DNA from: Promethearchaeota archaeon
GTDB taxonomy: Archaea; Asgardarchaeota; Lokiarchaeia; Sigyniarchaeales; SOKP01
NCBI GenBank assembly: GCA_016930515.1
Contig: JAFGGO010000085.1
Span: 244 to 64,243 of the forward strand
Direction: 5' to 3'
Length of the DNA stretch: 64,000 nucleotides
How positions within the stretch are numbered: the first letter of the stretch is position 1; each line of letters begins with the position of its first letter. A program made the translations under genes and the position numbers. The notes below the pieces were generated by a model that made no database searches, was not told the origin of the DNA, and saw only the letters and a list, made by a program, of their open reading frames with translations. Below are positions 54,313 through 63,800 of the stretch, piece after piece.

Positions 54313-56832
54313 GTGGATTTAATCGATTTTGCAAGCGAGACGAAAAAATCGCAACTTTTAAAGGACAAGAAGGACGAAATTTTTGCCTATATATCTGACG
54401 AAAGAATTTTAAGGGCCCTCTTCGAATCAAAAATTTTTAGATTGAGGAATATTCAGAAGGAAACTATAGAAAAAGGTCTTTTTTTTGGGAAATCATTTTT
54501 AATATGTGCTCCGTCTGGGAGTGGAAAAACGCTAATTGGAGAGTTGTGCGCCGTGAACACGGCACTTCAATGCTTAGGCAAGGCGGTATATCTTGTTCCT
54601 TTTAAAGCTCTTGCTACTGAAAAATATGTTCACTTTAAAAAAACTTATGAAAAATATGGCTTGAAAGTGATACTTTCCATTGGAGATTACGACGCTGAAG
54701 ATTCGGAATTGGCTAGGGCAGACGTGATAGTGACAACATACGAAAAATTGGATTCCTTGGTCCGAAACTTCCATTATAAGGAATGGATTTTCGAAATTAC
54801 GAGTATTATTATCGATGAGATTCATATTATTGGCGAAGGCGATCGCGGCCCTCGTTTGGAGTCCTTGATCGTGAGACTCAACGATTTTTTAAACCACCCC
54901 CAGATCGTAGGCCTCTCCGCAACTATTGCGAATCCAGAAACGTTTAATTCTTGGCTATCTTCACTCGGAAATATATCTACTCTTATTTATTCAGATCATC
55001 GACCTGTGCCTTTGCATTACAACATACTTCGCACTCAAAACAAGGAATCAACTATCAAGAAATTAACGAGCAAGACATTGGAAGAAGGAGGTCAAGTTGT
55101 GGTTTTTTTAAACACGAGAAAAAATACAAGGGAACAGGCCTTTAACTTGAAAGAAACCGTAAAACGCTTTATCATAGAAGAAGATCGCCAAAAACTCGTT
55201 AAGATAGCTAATGACTTGAAAGAAGTGAAGGGTTTTAATCAAGATTTAAAGAAGATACTCCTCAATGGTGTAGCATTCCATCACGCAGGGCTCTTACCAA
55301 AGGAACGAAAGCTCGTGGAGGATAACTATCGACAAAAGCTAATCAAGGTACTTTGCTGTACAACCACGCTTTCGGCAGGTGTAAACATACCTGCTCGAGT
55401 CGTCATTTTAAAGAACTTTAAAAAATATGTAACCTCTGGAAAAAGGATTGGTAATTTCGAGGGTTTTCACGAGAATAGTGATGGATTTACCTACTTTAAA
55501 GCGTTTACATCAAATGAGGTCTTTCAAATGCTTGGAAGAGCAGGAAGACCGGGCTTAGATAGCGTAGGAAGAGGATATATCTTAGTAAAAGATCTTGAAG
55601 AGAAAGAATGGGTGGAGGAATATTACTTTAAATCGCTTGATATTCAATCGCTTGAATTGATACCTCGATATAACGACCTGCTTTCCTCTCTGAACAATAT
55701 GAATACTCTCATGGAACAAACCTTATTGAGAGTATATGAAGAAGAAAAAGTTACTCTCGAAAGAATTGTTTCTTTTTTTGAAAAAACCTATTTTTGGTAT
55801 AATACCAAGGAAAATGATAGGATGCGTCAAATTCCAATTGAGGAACTATTGATGATTCGCGAGATCTCAGCATTGAATGTGCTTAAATTGCATTCCCATC
55901 CAAATAAAGTAGAGGAATTAAAGAAAAGAGACAATGGTGTAAAAATCACGGGTTTAACAAAATCGACGATTAATGGATATGTCAAATCGGAATTTGGCGT
56001 TTTCTCCTGCCAGTTCGACATAAATACGGGTGTTCGATGTAGTTGCGGGTTTGAGAATGGGATTTCAGATAATTTTGCAAAACAAGAATTTTCGTTTGAA
56101 TTTTGCGACCATATAACCTTGTTTCTAATGCACCTCCTCAAGCGAGATCAAGGCAATTTCTTAAAACACATTAATGATATCGTTCCTAAATCCGTCAAAA
56201 ATCAATATGTGCTCAATTACTTGTTCGACAAGGGTCTTTTACTTAAGATTGCAGGAGAAAACATATGTTGTTCAAGATTTGGTCGTTTGATCGTTTCTCT
56301 TTATTTATATCCCATGTCCGGAGTGTTAATAAGACATCGTCTTGAAAATATCGAAATAAAGACATATAAGGACCTCATCACGGAAGCTTACGGCATACTT
56401 AAAGCGGAAAAAAAGGTTCGAGACAACAAGATGCTCCTTCCTGTTGTAGAATACGCCGACGAGGTACCATTGGATCAAATCATTGAAGATCACGGAATAT
56501 TTGCCGGGGATTTATACGCGGTTAAGAATAACATGGAACGCGTCATGGTATTCATAAAAGAAATTGCCAGACATTTGAGCGAAACCGATCCTTCTCTCGT
56601 TGAGGTAACTGAAATGGCCGAAACCTTAACTATAAGATTAAAGCACGGAATTAAAGAGGAGTTATTTGACTTGGTATTGAGGCTTCCAAATGTAGGAAGG
56701 TCGAGGGCTCGAATTCTTTACGACGCTGGCTTCCACACAGTAGAACAAGTAAGAAAGCAGAACTACTACTTGCTTCACAGAAAAACGGGATTAGGCGTTC
56801 GAACTTGTAAGAAATTAGTCGCCAAGGAATAA
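54313..56832 (+). CDS. Ski2/Hel308-like DExH helicase with an inserted SWIM zinc finger and C-terminal HhH
   Basis: APSGSGKT, DEIH, LSAT, FHHAGL, TTTLSAGVN, QMLGRAGRPG; RCSC..FCDH; LPNVGRSRARILYDAG. Confidence 0.9.
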   Translation: MDLIDFASETKKSQLLKDKKDEIFAYISDERILRALFESKIFRLRNIQKETIEKGLFFGKSFLICAPSGSGKTLIGELCAVNTALQCLGKAVYLVPFKALATEKYVHFKKTYEKYGLKVILSIGDYDAEDSELARADVIVTTYEKLDSLVRNFHYKEWIFEITSIIIDEIHIIGEGDRGPRLESLIVRLNDFLNHPQIVGLSATIANPETFNSWLSSLGNISTLIYSDHRPVPLHYNILRTQNKESTIKKLTSKTLEEGGQVVVFLNTRKNTREQAFNLKETVKRFIIEEDRQKLVKIANDLKEVKGFNQDLKKILLNGVAFHHAGLLPKERKLVEDNYRQKLIKVLCCTTTLSAGVNIPARVVILKNFKKYVTSGKRIGNFEGFHENSDGFTYFKAFTSNEVFQMLGRAGRPGLDSVGRGYILVKDLEEKEWVEEYYFKSLDIQSLELIPRYNDLLSSLNNMNTLMEQTLLRVYEEEKVTLERIVSFFEKTYFWYNTKENDRMRQIPIEELLMIREISALNVLKLHSHPNKVEELKKRDNGVKITGLTKSTINGYVKSEFGVFSCQFDINTGVRCSCGFENGISDNFAKQEFSFEFCDHITLFLMHLLKRDQGNFLKHINDIVPKSVKNQYVLNYLFDKGLLLKIAGENICCSRFGRLIVSLYLYPMSGVLIRHRLENIEIKTYKDLITEAYGILKAEKKVRDNKMLLPVVEYADEVPLDQIIEDHGIFAGDLYAVKNNMERVMVFIKEIARHLSETDPSLVEVTEMAETLTIRLKHGIKEELFDLVLRLPNVGRSRARILYDAGFHTVEQVRKQNYYLLHRKTGLGVRTCKKLVAKE

Positions 56833-56957
56833 AAAATTCTTTATTCCAAACCCCTCTAGTTCTTTTGATAACCCTCACTTTGAATATAGATTTTTTTCTT
56901 TATATGTATCAATTGTAATATCATTGTAAAAAATTTATCCTAAGATAAGCGATTCTC

Positions 56958-57260
56958 GTGATTGGCAATTCAACTGAAAAAAAAAAAGATGCCAAATCGG
57001 ATAATCCAAATATGTCATTACCAGAAGGAAAGGACTTAGTAAAAGAATGCTCTGAATCAAGCATTCAAAGGATCAAAAAGAATCTTGTTAAAAAACTAAA
57101 TATTGAATTGAGCGAAAACTTATCGATAATCGCTCAAATTAACGATTTATTACTTACTTCGAATTTAATGCCAGAGGAAAAAAAGCTTGAATATTGCAAA
57201 GGTCAGCGCCATTTTATGAAGCAATATTTAAAGTATATTTCGCTAAAATATGGATTATGA
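56958..57260 (+). CDS. Hypothetical protein
   Basis: 100-aa ORF preceded by the TTTTTTTCTTTATAT element. Confidence 0.55.
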   Translation: MIGNSTEKKKDAKSDNPNMSLPEGKDLVKECSESSIQRIKKNLVKKLNIELSENLSIIAQINDLLLTSNLMPEEKKLEYCKGQRHFMKQYLKYISLKYGL

Positions 57261-57318
57261 AATCGAAATTGGATATTGTTTGTGCTAAAAATCCCTCAAT
57301 GTTATTTTTTTTGTTCCT

Positions 57319-57834
57319 TTATTTCTGGATATAAAATAAATCTTCTTGCGTCTTTTTCAAAAAACCTTCTCGAAAACAGATATCTATAAATCTTTTAACT
57401 TTTTCTTTTGAAATTCCGTGATCTTCGGCAAGCATGTAAATGACATGTTCCGGAAATCGTTTAAATCTTTGATCGAGTTTTCTTAAAACCATTTTGAAAA
57501 AATCGTATTTAGTAAGTTCTTTGTTGCTATAAATATTATCAAAATTACTCGAATTAGAAATACTATAATCTCCATCTGCTGAAAAATCTGGAAGTCTACC
57601 TGTTTCTTTTAAGGACAAGCTATTTTGCAGTTCAATTAATCTTTTTCTTGCGGCAGTTGCTCCCTTTATTACTTCTGAAGTCGATTCTAATTGAGTAACT
57701 ATGTGAAAATGCCCGCATCTCAAGCATTTTTTACGTTTTTGAGTCGTCTTCACAAGCGAATAATTATTACACTTGAAACAACAAAATACGAAATAGGGAG
57801 TTACGTCTTTTTTCCATCCCCTTTCTTTCATCAA
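57319..57834 (-). CDS. DUF1922-like zinc-ribbon protein with a C-terminal winged-helix-like domain
   Basis: YFVFCCFKC..KKCLRCGH; overlaps the helicase stop (ATGA). Confidence 0.8.
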   Translation of the reverse strand: MMKERGWKKDVTPYFVFCCFKCNNYSLVKTTQKRKKCLRCGHFHIVTQLESTSEVIKGATAARKRLIELQNSLSLKETGRLPDFSADGDYSISNSSNFDNIYSNKELTKYDFFKMVLRKLDQRFKRFPEHVIYMLAEDHGISKEKVKRFIDICFREGFLKKTQEDLFYIQK

Positions 57835-60083
57835 TCCTTCTCCTCATCGTTAATCTTTTGTTCGTGCACATTTCTCAAGATAAAAAACAGTTCTTCGTGA
57901 TCGTCAACGCATATGATTCTTAAATCACTCTTTTCTGAAAATTCTATAGCGGCTCTCTTGAGTGATCTTTTGTGCCCCTCATATTTTTCCTTAAATTCAG
58001 AAAAATCAAGAATATTTAATACTAACTCGTATTTTTCGTTGGAAACTTCGTTGAATTTTTCGACATCAAATAGTTCAATATCCTCGGCTGGATAGATCTG
58101 AACAAGTACGTTTTTGCCAATAACCACATGTTCCTGAGATTCAACAAAAATATGTGTCATGTTCCATTCACCCAATTTTTTCCTCAAACCCCATCTCATG
58201 GGGAGGTTCTTGCTTATTGTAAAATCAGCTTGTAACATTATAGGATTCTTATTGATGGCTTTGATTGTGAAATCTTCTAAGCTAAATTGTTTTGATCCTT
58301 TTAATCCCTTAATGTTATTCTTGGAGATATCAGTATTGGTCCCAATATCTAAGTATTTATGAATTTTAGCCCGCACATTACCCTGCCCCTCTGATATGTT
58401 TGATTCCCCAGAAATATTGACTAAAGAACTCGCATTAAAATCAATTTGGTTCTGGCTACTAGTACCAATGGATTCGTTAAGTATTCGATTCGAGTTCTTG
58501 AGATTGTAATTCATCTTCTTAAGTCTATTGAGTGCAATGTTCAGATAAATTTCGTCTTTAGAATTCTTTGTATATAGTATGAGGACTCTACCCTTTCGAT
58601 GACGAGCCGTGCGTCCTTTCCTTTGTATCAACCGAATTTCTGAGGCGACTACATCGTAGAATATAACGAGATCGCATTCAACAATATCCAATCCCTCTTC
58701 TGCCACATTTGTAGCTACTAGAATGTTATATTTTCCTCGTTTGAAATCATCAAGGATCTGAATTTGTGTTTTCTGGGATAAACCCGTGTCTTTTTTTGAT
58801 TTAGTAGCTTGACCGACGAATCTTGCGGCTTTAATAGATTGTATCTTGTTTAATTTTTCTACAATATTTAATACTGAATTTCGGAGCTTAACGAATACTA
58901 AAATTTTTAATTCAGGGCTTGATTGAAGCTCCTTTCTCAAATAATTTTCAAGCACGTGATATTTAGGATGTATTAACTTTTCTGGTGTGAAATCCTCACA
59001 TTTTTGAAGATCAATGAAAATTCTTCTTATCTGCTGGTTAGAAGCCAGGATTTTTACTGCCTTGGAACTATTTTTTTTCCGAGCGTCACTCCGTAACTTT
59101 TCAAGGTATTCTAATAACACATCAAGCCCCTGTTGCTCGACAAGTTCTATCATGTGATATAAAATCAACGCTTGAGCGTTAACGGATATTGCTCCATAAG
59201 AGCCCGTCTTTTCACCTTCACCCCTGAGTATATCAATTAAGTCAGAGTTAAGCTTTACAAGGTCCTTCCTTAAGACTTTCTTTGTTAATGGGCTGGATTC
59301 CTTCGATATAAATCCATTTTGGGCGAGATAAATCAACCTTTCTTCTAGGATCTGTTCTATTGCCTCAACGGAATCTTCCATCAACTGAGTTCTTTCTACT
59401 CCGATCTTGAATATATCCATTGGTTTGAGATACGACTTCACATCATTATCTTTTCTCGAACGGATGTGAATGTTTTCCACGGGCACATGCAAGCTCTCGC
59501 ATAAAGTTAAAATCTTCTCTTTCGTGGATCCAGGAGATGCAGTTAAGGCTAAAATAAATCCGTCTGAATTCTGCTCAAGAAATTTATCCGCAATCAAGAT
59601 GTACGGATAATCTCCAGAGGCGTGGTGTGCCTCGTCTATTACTAACAAGCAAACTTTCTTTAAAGCGTATCTATTGCTAACCAGATCGTTTCTTAGGGTT
59701 TGGGGGGTGTAAAACAACACCTGTCGGTTCTTAAATATTTCTAACCTTTTTTCAGGAGGAATTTTTCCCGTGAGGATTCCAAACCTATCTTCGGGAACTT
59801 GAAGCTTATATGAGAAAGATTCGTAATGCTGATTGATTAACGGCCGAGTAGGGGCCAATATTATAATTTTACTTCCCGCAGGCACCATTGTTAATGTTTT
59901 TAACGCTACTAACACGGCAATAACGGTTTTTCCAAGTCCTGTGGGCAACACTACTAAAGAATTTTTACCCGCACACTTGTCTGCGATTTCAACTTGGTAT
60001 TTTCTATATTCTATTAATTGATTTTTAGTGTTTTTTTTTTCGAGAGTTTTTTCTTCTTGAATATCGTTTTTAATATCACTCAT
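57831..60083 (-). CDS. hef: Hef/FANCM(Mph1)-family helicase with a degenerate C-terminal domain
   Basis: YRKYQ, LPTGLGKT, APTRPLINQH, DEAHH, LTASPGS, RFVGQ, ATNVAEEGLDI, IQRKGRTAR. Confidence 0.9.
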   Translation of the reverse strand: MSDIKNDIQEEKTLEKKNTKNQLIEYRKYQVEIADKCAGKNSLVVLPTGLGKTVIAVLVALKTLTMVPAGSKIIILAPTRPLINQHYESFSYKLQVPEDRFGILTGKIPPEKRLEIFKNRQVLFYTPQTLRNDLVSNRYALKKVCLLVIDEAHHASGDYPYILIADKFLEQNSDGFILALTASPGSTKEKILTLCESLHVPVENIHIRSRKDNDVKSYLKPMDIFKIGVERTQLMEDSVEAIEQILEERLIYLAQNGFISKESSPLTKKVLRKDLVKLNSDLIDILRGEGEKTGSYGAISVNAQALILYHMIELVEQQGLDVLLEYLEKLRSDARKKNSSKAVKILASNQQIRRIFIDLQKCEDFTPEKLIHPKYHVLENYLRKELQSSPELKILVFVKLRNSVLNIVEKLNKIQSIKAARFVGQATKSKKDTGLSQKTQIQILDDFKRGKYNILVATNVAEEGLDIVECDLVIFYDVVASEIRLIQRKGRTARHRKGRVLILYTKNSKDEIYLNIALNRLKKMNYNLKNSNRILNESIGTSSQNQIDFNASSLVNISGESNISEGQGNVRAKIHKYLDIGTNTDISKNNIKGLKGSKQFSLEDFTIKAINKNPIMLQADFTISKNLPMRWGLRKKLGEWNMTHIFVESQEHVVIGKNVLVQIYPAEDIELFDVEKFNEVSNEKYELVLNILDFSEFKEKYEGHKRSLKRAAIEFSEKSDLRIICVDDHEELFFILRNVHEQKINDEEKD

Positions 60084-60658
60084 TATTGCTCAACTTTTAC
60101 CTCATAGCGATCGACTTTTAAGTTAAACACGGGTTTGTTAAGTCTTTTATAAGAGAGAATGATGCGACCTAGTTCTAATCCAAGCCTTGAGGGATATATA
60201 AGATCGTTTCCGTTCTTGTAAAAAAAATATGGATGATGGTTCTTTACTGCTTGGACCATGGCTGATAATTTTGATGAGGTATCTTTAAGGTCAAAACCTT
60301 TTCCTCGTTTAATCTCTAAAAAAGCATAAGTCAAATCTCCCAGCTTTTCAGCGTGATCTTTTTCAAGCGTGATGATATCCGGAATTTTATCTAGAAAACT
60401 TTCGGTCCTCAAATATATAATACCGTTTTCCACGCTCTTTTCTAAAATATGGTTTTTAAAAGTCGAACGCATTGTTTTTTGCGTTTCTAAGATCAAATCA
60501 ATTGCTAAATGCGTTTCTTGAGGATTTAAACCGAAGTACCTTGCAAGTTCCGTGAAATTAAATTTTTTTTCGTATTTTCCCTCAAAAGAGTTCAAAATTT
60601 TTACGATATCTTTAATCTTTTCAATAAGCGAGTAATTTAGATCTGATCTCATTGTCAC
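60083..60658 (-). CDS. Hypothetical protein with probable winged-helix domains
   Basis: FNFTELARYFGL HTH-like segment; stop overlaps the hef start. Confidence 0.7.
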   Translation of the reverse strand: MTMRSDLNYSLIEKIKDIVKILNSFEGKYEKKFNFTELARYFGLNPQETHLAIDLILETQKTMRSTFKNHILEKSVENGIIYLRTESFLDKIPDIITLEKDHAEKLGDLTYAFLEIKRGKGFDLKDTSSKLSAMVQAVKNHHPYFFYKNGNDLIYPSRLGLELGRIILSYKRLNKPVFNLKVDRYEVKVEQ

Positions 60659-60678
60659 ATTCGTTATTGCTTGAAATT

Positions 60679-60693
60679 ATTTAAAGAAAAAAA
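60679..60693 (-). promoter_or_regulatory. T-tract-C-TATA promoter element of the hef operon
   Basis: TTTTTTTCTTTAAAT on the minus strand, identical 15-mer to 51670-51684. Confidence 0.55.
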
Positions 60694-60824
60694 CTTATTG
60701 AATGGTCATCTATAGAAAAATTTCAGAAGATTTTTGAATAGAAAAAAATATCACTTATAAAGTGGGGTTCAAATAACTGCATTAATCTATTTATAAAATA
60801 CAAAATAAAGATACAAAAAAAAAA

Positions 60825-63800
60825 TTAGGTTTTAATCTTGGATTTAAAGGATTTTTTGAATTTATGAGGAAATCTTTTTCGTAAATCTCCCTTAACCTTA
60901 AGAAATATGCCTCCAATGACGAAAGGAGCGATAAGAAAACCCAGTGAAAGCGTTGAGGCTAAGACCACTTGTTTTTTCTCTTCTTCCTGTCCCTTCAATG
61001 CTCCCGATGGTTCAGAATACAATGAAGAAGTCCATGTATGGACTAATTCCGGATGGTCTAAAAATGGGTCCTCATAGAACATTTCATAGTAATAATCTCC
61101 GTATTCAGTTGGAATATATTTCAGGAAATAATTTGTCTGATTAGCATTCTCTGTTTTAGTCTCGTTTAAGTAAATGCGTTCGATAAAATCGTCGTTTAAA
61201 TACACATCCACAAAAAATCGGTATCCATAAGGCCCCGATGCCAAGCTTCCGTTCTCAACAATTATTTTTGACGATGCTCTAAATTCCACACTTCCGTCGG
61301 ATATCGTCAGGGCGTTGAAGGACTCAATCGACTCGCAAAATGTTGTAAAGGAGATCGGAAAGCTCAAGATAACCGTCCCACCTTCGTAAACTTCGATCTT
61401 GCCCTCCACGCTCGGATAATTATCGATTGTGATTGGAACGACGATTTGTTGCCAGAAATAATTTTCACTTGCACTTAATGAAAACGATCCTAATTGCTCG
61501 CTTTCGAAGATAGCCGTATAGTCCGTGGCTATTACATCGTAAATTAATTCACTTAATGACACGCTCACATTAACGGTATTACCCAAGGCTATGGTGGCTT
61601 CGCACGACACTTCTCCGCGTATCCATTCTGAATTAGCCATTTCACAAATCCAGAAGAGTGCTTCTTGTTCGATTTCCATTTTTTCCGTGGACAAGTAAAA
61701 ATCATTGATGTCTTCGAAATATATTTGTTGGACTAAATCCTGAATTAAAGAAGTGTCAAAATCGTAATCTTTACCAAGGAGATCAAATATCTTGAAGCAA
61801 TAATAGACACTAGCAATGCTCGAATAATCAAGGCTTTGAATGGCGAAAGATAATATCTTTTGGTCGTCCAAGGTGTATGTCTCCAATATTTTTAACAATT
61901 CCAATGCAAAATAAGTATTTTTTAACACCTCGATCTTATCATCCGTGTAGCGAGGTTGGAAATACGCAATTCCCCCTTCTTCAACAATGTTTCTATATAA
62001 GAACTCCGTGAGCGAATCACAATCGATACCCGAGTCGCTTAAAGAACCCAGATTCAGGTAATTATAAATTAAGATTAACGACTTGATTCCGTAATAGGTG
62101 TATTCGAGAAAAACATTCTCGTCTCTCACATCTGCGGGGGCCCATATTAAGCCTCCGTTAGGAAGAAATCCCCCGTTTCCATCATATCCTGGCTCTAAGA
62201 ATTGACAATCAACGATCGATTGAAGGAACCCTAGCAAAGAATACAAATTGTCTAAGTCATCCAACTTGAATGTGTTTTTCAGGATCTCCAAGGCGAAATA
62301 TGTGGCTTTATGTGAATAAGGCATACCTATTGCTTGAAAAATTTTTCTATTACCATAACTATTTGTTTCGGTAGGAAATGTTTTGAAATACATGCAATCG
62401 AGAGCTATATTCACTTGAGAACCGAACATCGACTCTGGGAAGTAATTTAACATACAAGCGTTGGTGATTTGGTTGAAAATAGCCTCTTTTTCTAATAAAG
62501 CAAGATTGTTGTACTTGTTCTCCATTTTAAGGCTTTTAACAATGGAATTGAGAGATTTTATGGAGGTGTAATCTTTCGAAACAATAGAATAGCCTCCTAT
62601 TGGGTTCTTGTAAAGATTGAACGAGTTAGCAATTTCATCTAGCTCTAAAGTTGGAATCATTGATAGAGATCCCGTGTTATACAAAGATCTTAAGATCGCG
62701 TAAGTGAACCAAATGTCGTGGTTGTTTCTGGTGGTTCCGTCGTCCCAATTACCGCGCTCGTTCCTATGAGATATCACATATTGAATAGTCGCTGTCCTGT
62801 CGTAGCTAGAAAACCAAGTCAAATCTGATAATTCCACGGCCATTGCGCTCGCAACCAAGTTCATTTCCTCTTCTAATCCAATGAACTCTCTCATGGCGAA
62901 AAAATGCTCACTCGTCTGATAAGTACTATCCATATATTCCCAAAAATCGCTTAATCCCATGCTTGCCACGCTTCCAAATATTTCTAAGACTTTAACGCAA
63001 TAATAAGAAGAAATCGTGCTTTTATCGCTTGGACAAGTTGTATAAATCGATGAAAATTTATCGTTTTTAAAACAACCGTTACTCCCGTGAAGAGAATTTA
63101 TGAATAAGATGATATCGTCCACTTCATCCCCATAGGTTAACCAATCGCTTAAGAGAAGATCCAAGGTCATGACTGCGTGGAATGTATTTTCTGCCGTTGG
63201 AATTAGAAATTCGCTGGCTAACGAAGGATCGTAAGGCCTGCCCATGAATCCGTGTTCCAGGGGATTGTAACAGCTCCAAATGAAATTAATAGTGTCTTGC
63301 GTGTCGATTAGAGATAAATTTCCCAATAAGTAAAGGATTATCGTTGCGTAACAATTAACTTCCAGAAGAGACGTAAGTGGGTAGTAGATGCTGAGAAAAT
63401 CGGTGTCTAAATATCGATCGGAATAAATGTCGCTAAAGAGGTGAGTAGTTGCATTGTAATGCGCCATGATAAAGTTCACGACATTGTCCTTGTCGATTGC
63501 TATTTCTTTACCCAAATACATCAAACTCTGAACGGCGTAGTAAGTGGCGTGGATGGATGGATGGTAATATTCCGAAAAATATCCGTCCTGACGGAATTCT
63601 TCAATCTTGGCGTCAAGTACTTGTTCCATTATTTGCTGGGTACTAAGACTATGTTTGATATAATGCAGATCTTGGTTTGGGTCGCTTTTATAAGCGTTAA
63701 TCGGGGACATGTTCCAAAACGAAGCAATAATGCCCGTTATAACCAGCACTAAACCAGTTAATTTTAATTTTCGTGTTATATTTACATTCCTTGTTCTCAT
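60825..63800 (-). CDS. Large secreted, C-terminally anchored protein with prenyltransferase/squalene-oxidase (alpha/alpha barrel) repeats
   Basis: Signal/TM segment; repeated TYYAVQSL, TFHAVMTL, SYYCVKVL, TYAILRSL, TYFALEIL units with GGF motifs; C-terminal TM and Lys tail; likely ATG 63800. Confidence 0.8.
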   Translation of the reverse strand: MRTRNVNITRKLKLTGLVLVITGIIASFWNMSPINAYKSDPNQDLHYIKHSLSTQQIMEQVLDAKIEEFRQDGYFSEYYHPSIHATYYAVQSLMYLGKEIAIDKDNVVNFIMAHYNATTHLFSDIYSDRYLDTDFLSIYYPLTSLLEVNCYATIILYLLGNLSLIDTQDTINFIWSCYNPLEHGFMGRPYDPSLASEFLIPTAENTFHAVMTLDLLLSDWLTYGDEVDDIILFINSLHGSNGCFKNDKFSSIYTTCPSDKSTISSYYCVKVLEIFGSVASMGLSDFWEYMDSTYQTSEHFFAMREFIGLEEEMNLVASAMAVELSDLTWFSSYDRTATIQYVISHRNERGNWDDGTTRNNHDIWFTYAILRSLYNTGSLSMIPTLELDEIANSFNLYKNPIGGYSIVSKDYTSIKSLNSIVKSLKMENKYNNLALLEKEAIFNQITNACMLNYFPESMFGSQVNIALDCMYFKTFPTETNSYGNRKIFQAIGMPYSHKATYFALEILKNTFKLDDLDNLYSLLGFLQSIVDCQFLEPGYDGNGGFLPNGGLIWAPADVRDENVFLEYTYYGIKSLILIYNYLNLGSLSDSGIDCDSLTEFLYRNIVEEGGIAYFQPRYTDDKIEVLKNTYFALELLKILETYTLDDQKILSFAIQSLDYSSIASVYYCFKIFDLLGKDYDFDTSLIQDLVQQIYFEDINDFYLSTEKMEIEQEALFWICEMANSEWIRGEVSCEATIALGNTVNVSVSLSELIYDVIATDYTAIFESEQLGSFSLSASENYFWQQIVVPITIDNYPSVEGKIEVYEGGTVILSFPISFTTFCESIESFNALTISDGSVEFRASSKIIVENGSLASGPYGYRFFVDVYLNDDFIERIYLNETKTENANQTNYFLKYIPTEYGDYYYEMFYEDPFLDHPELVHTWTSSLYSEPSGALKGQEEEKKQVVLASTLSLGFLIAPFVIGGIFLKVKGDLRKRFPHKFKKSFKSKIKT

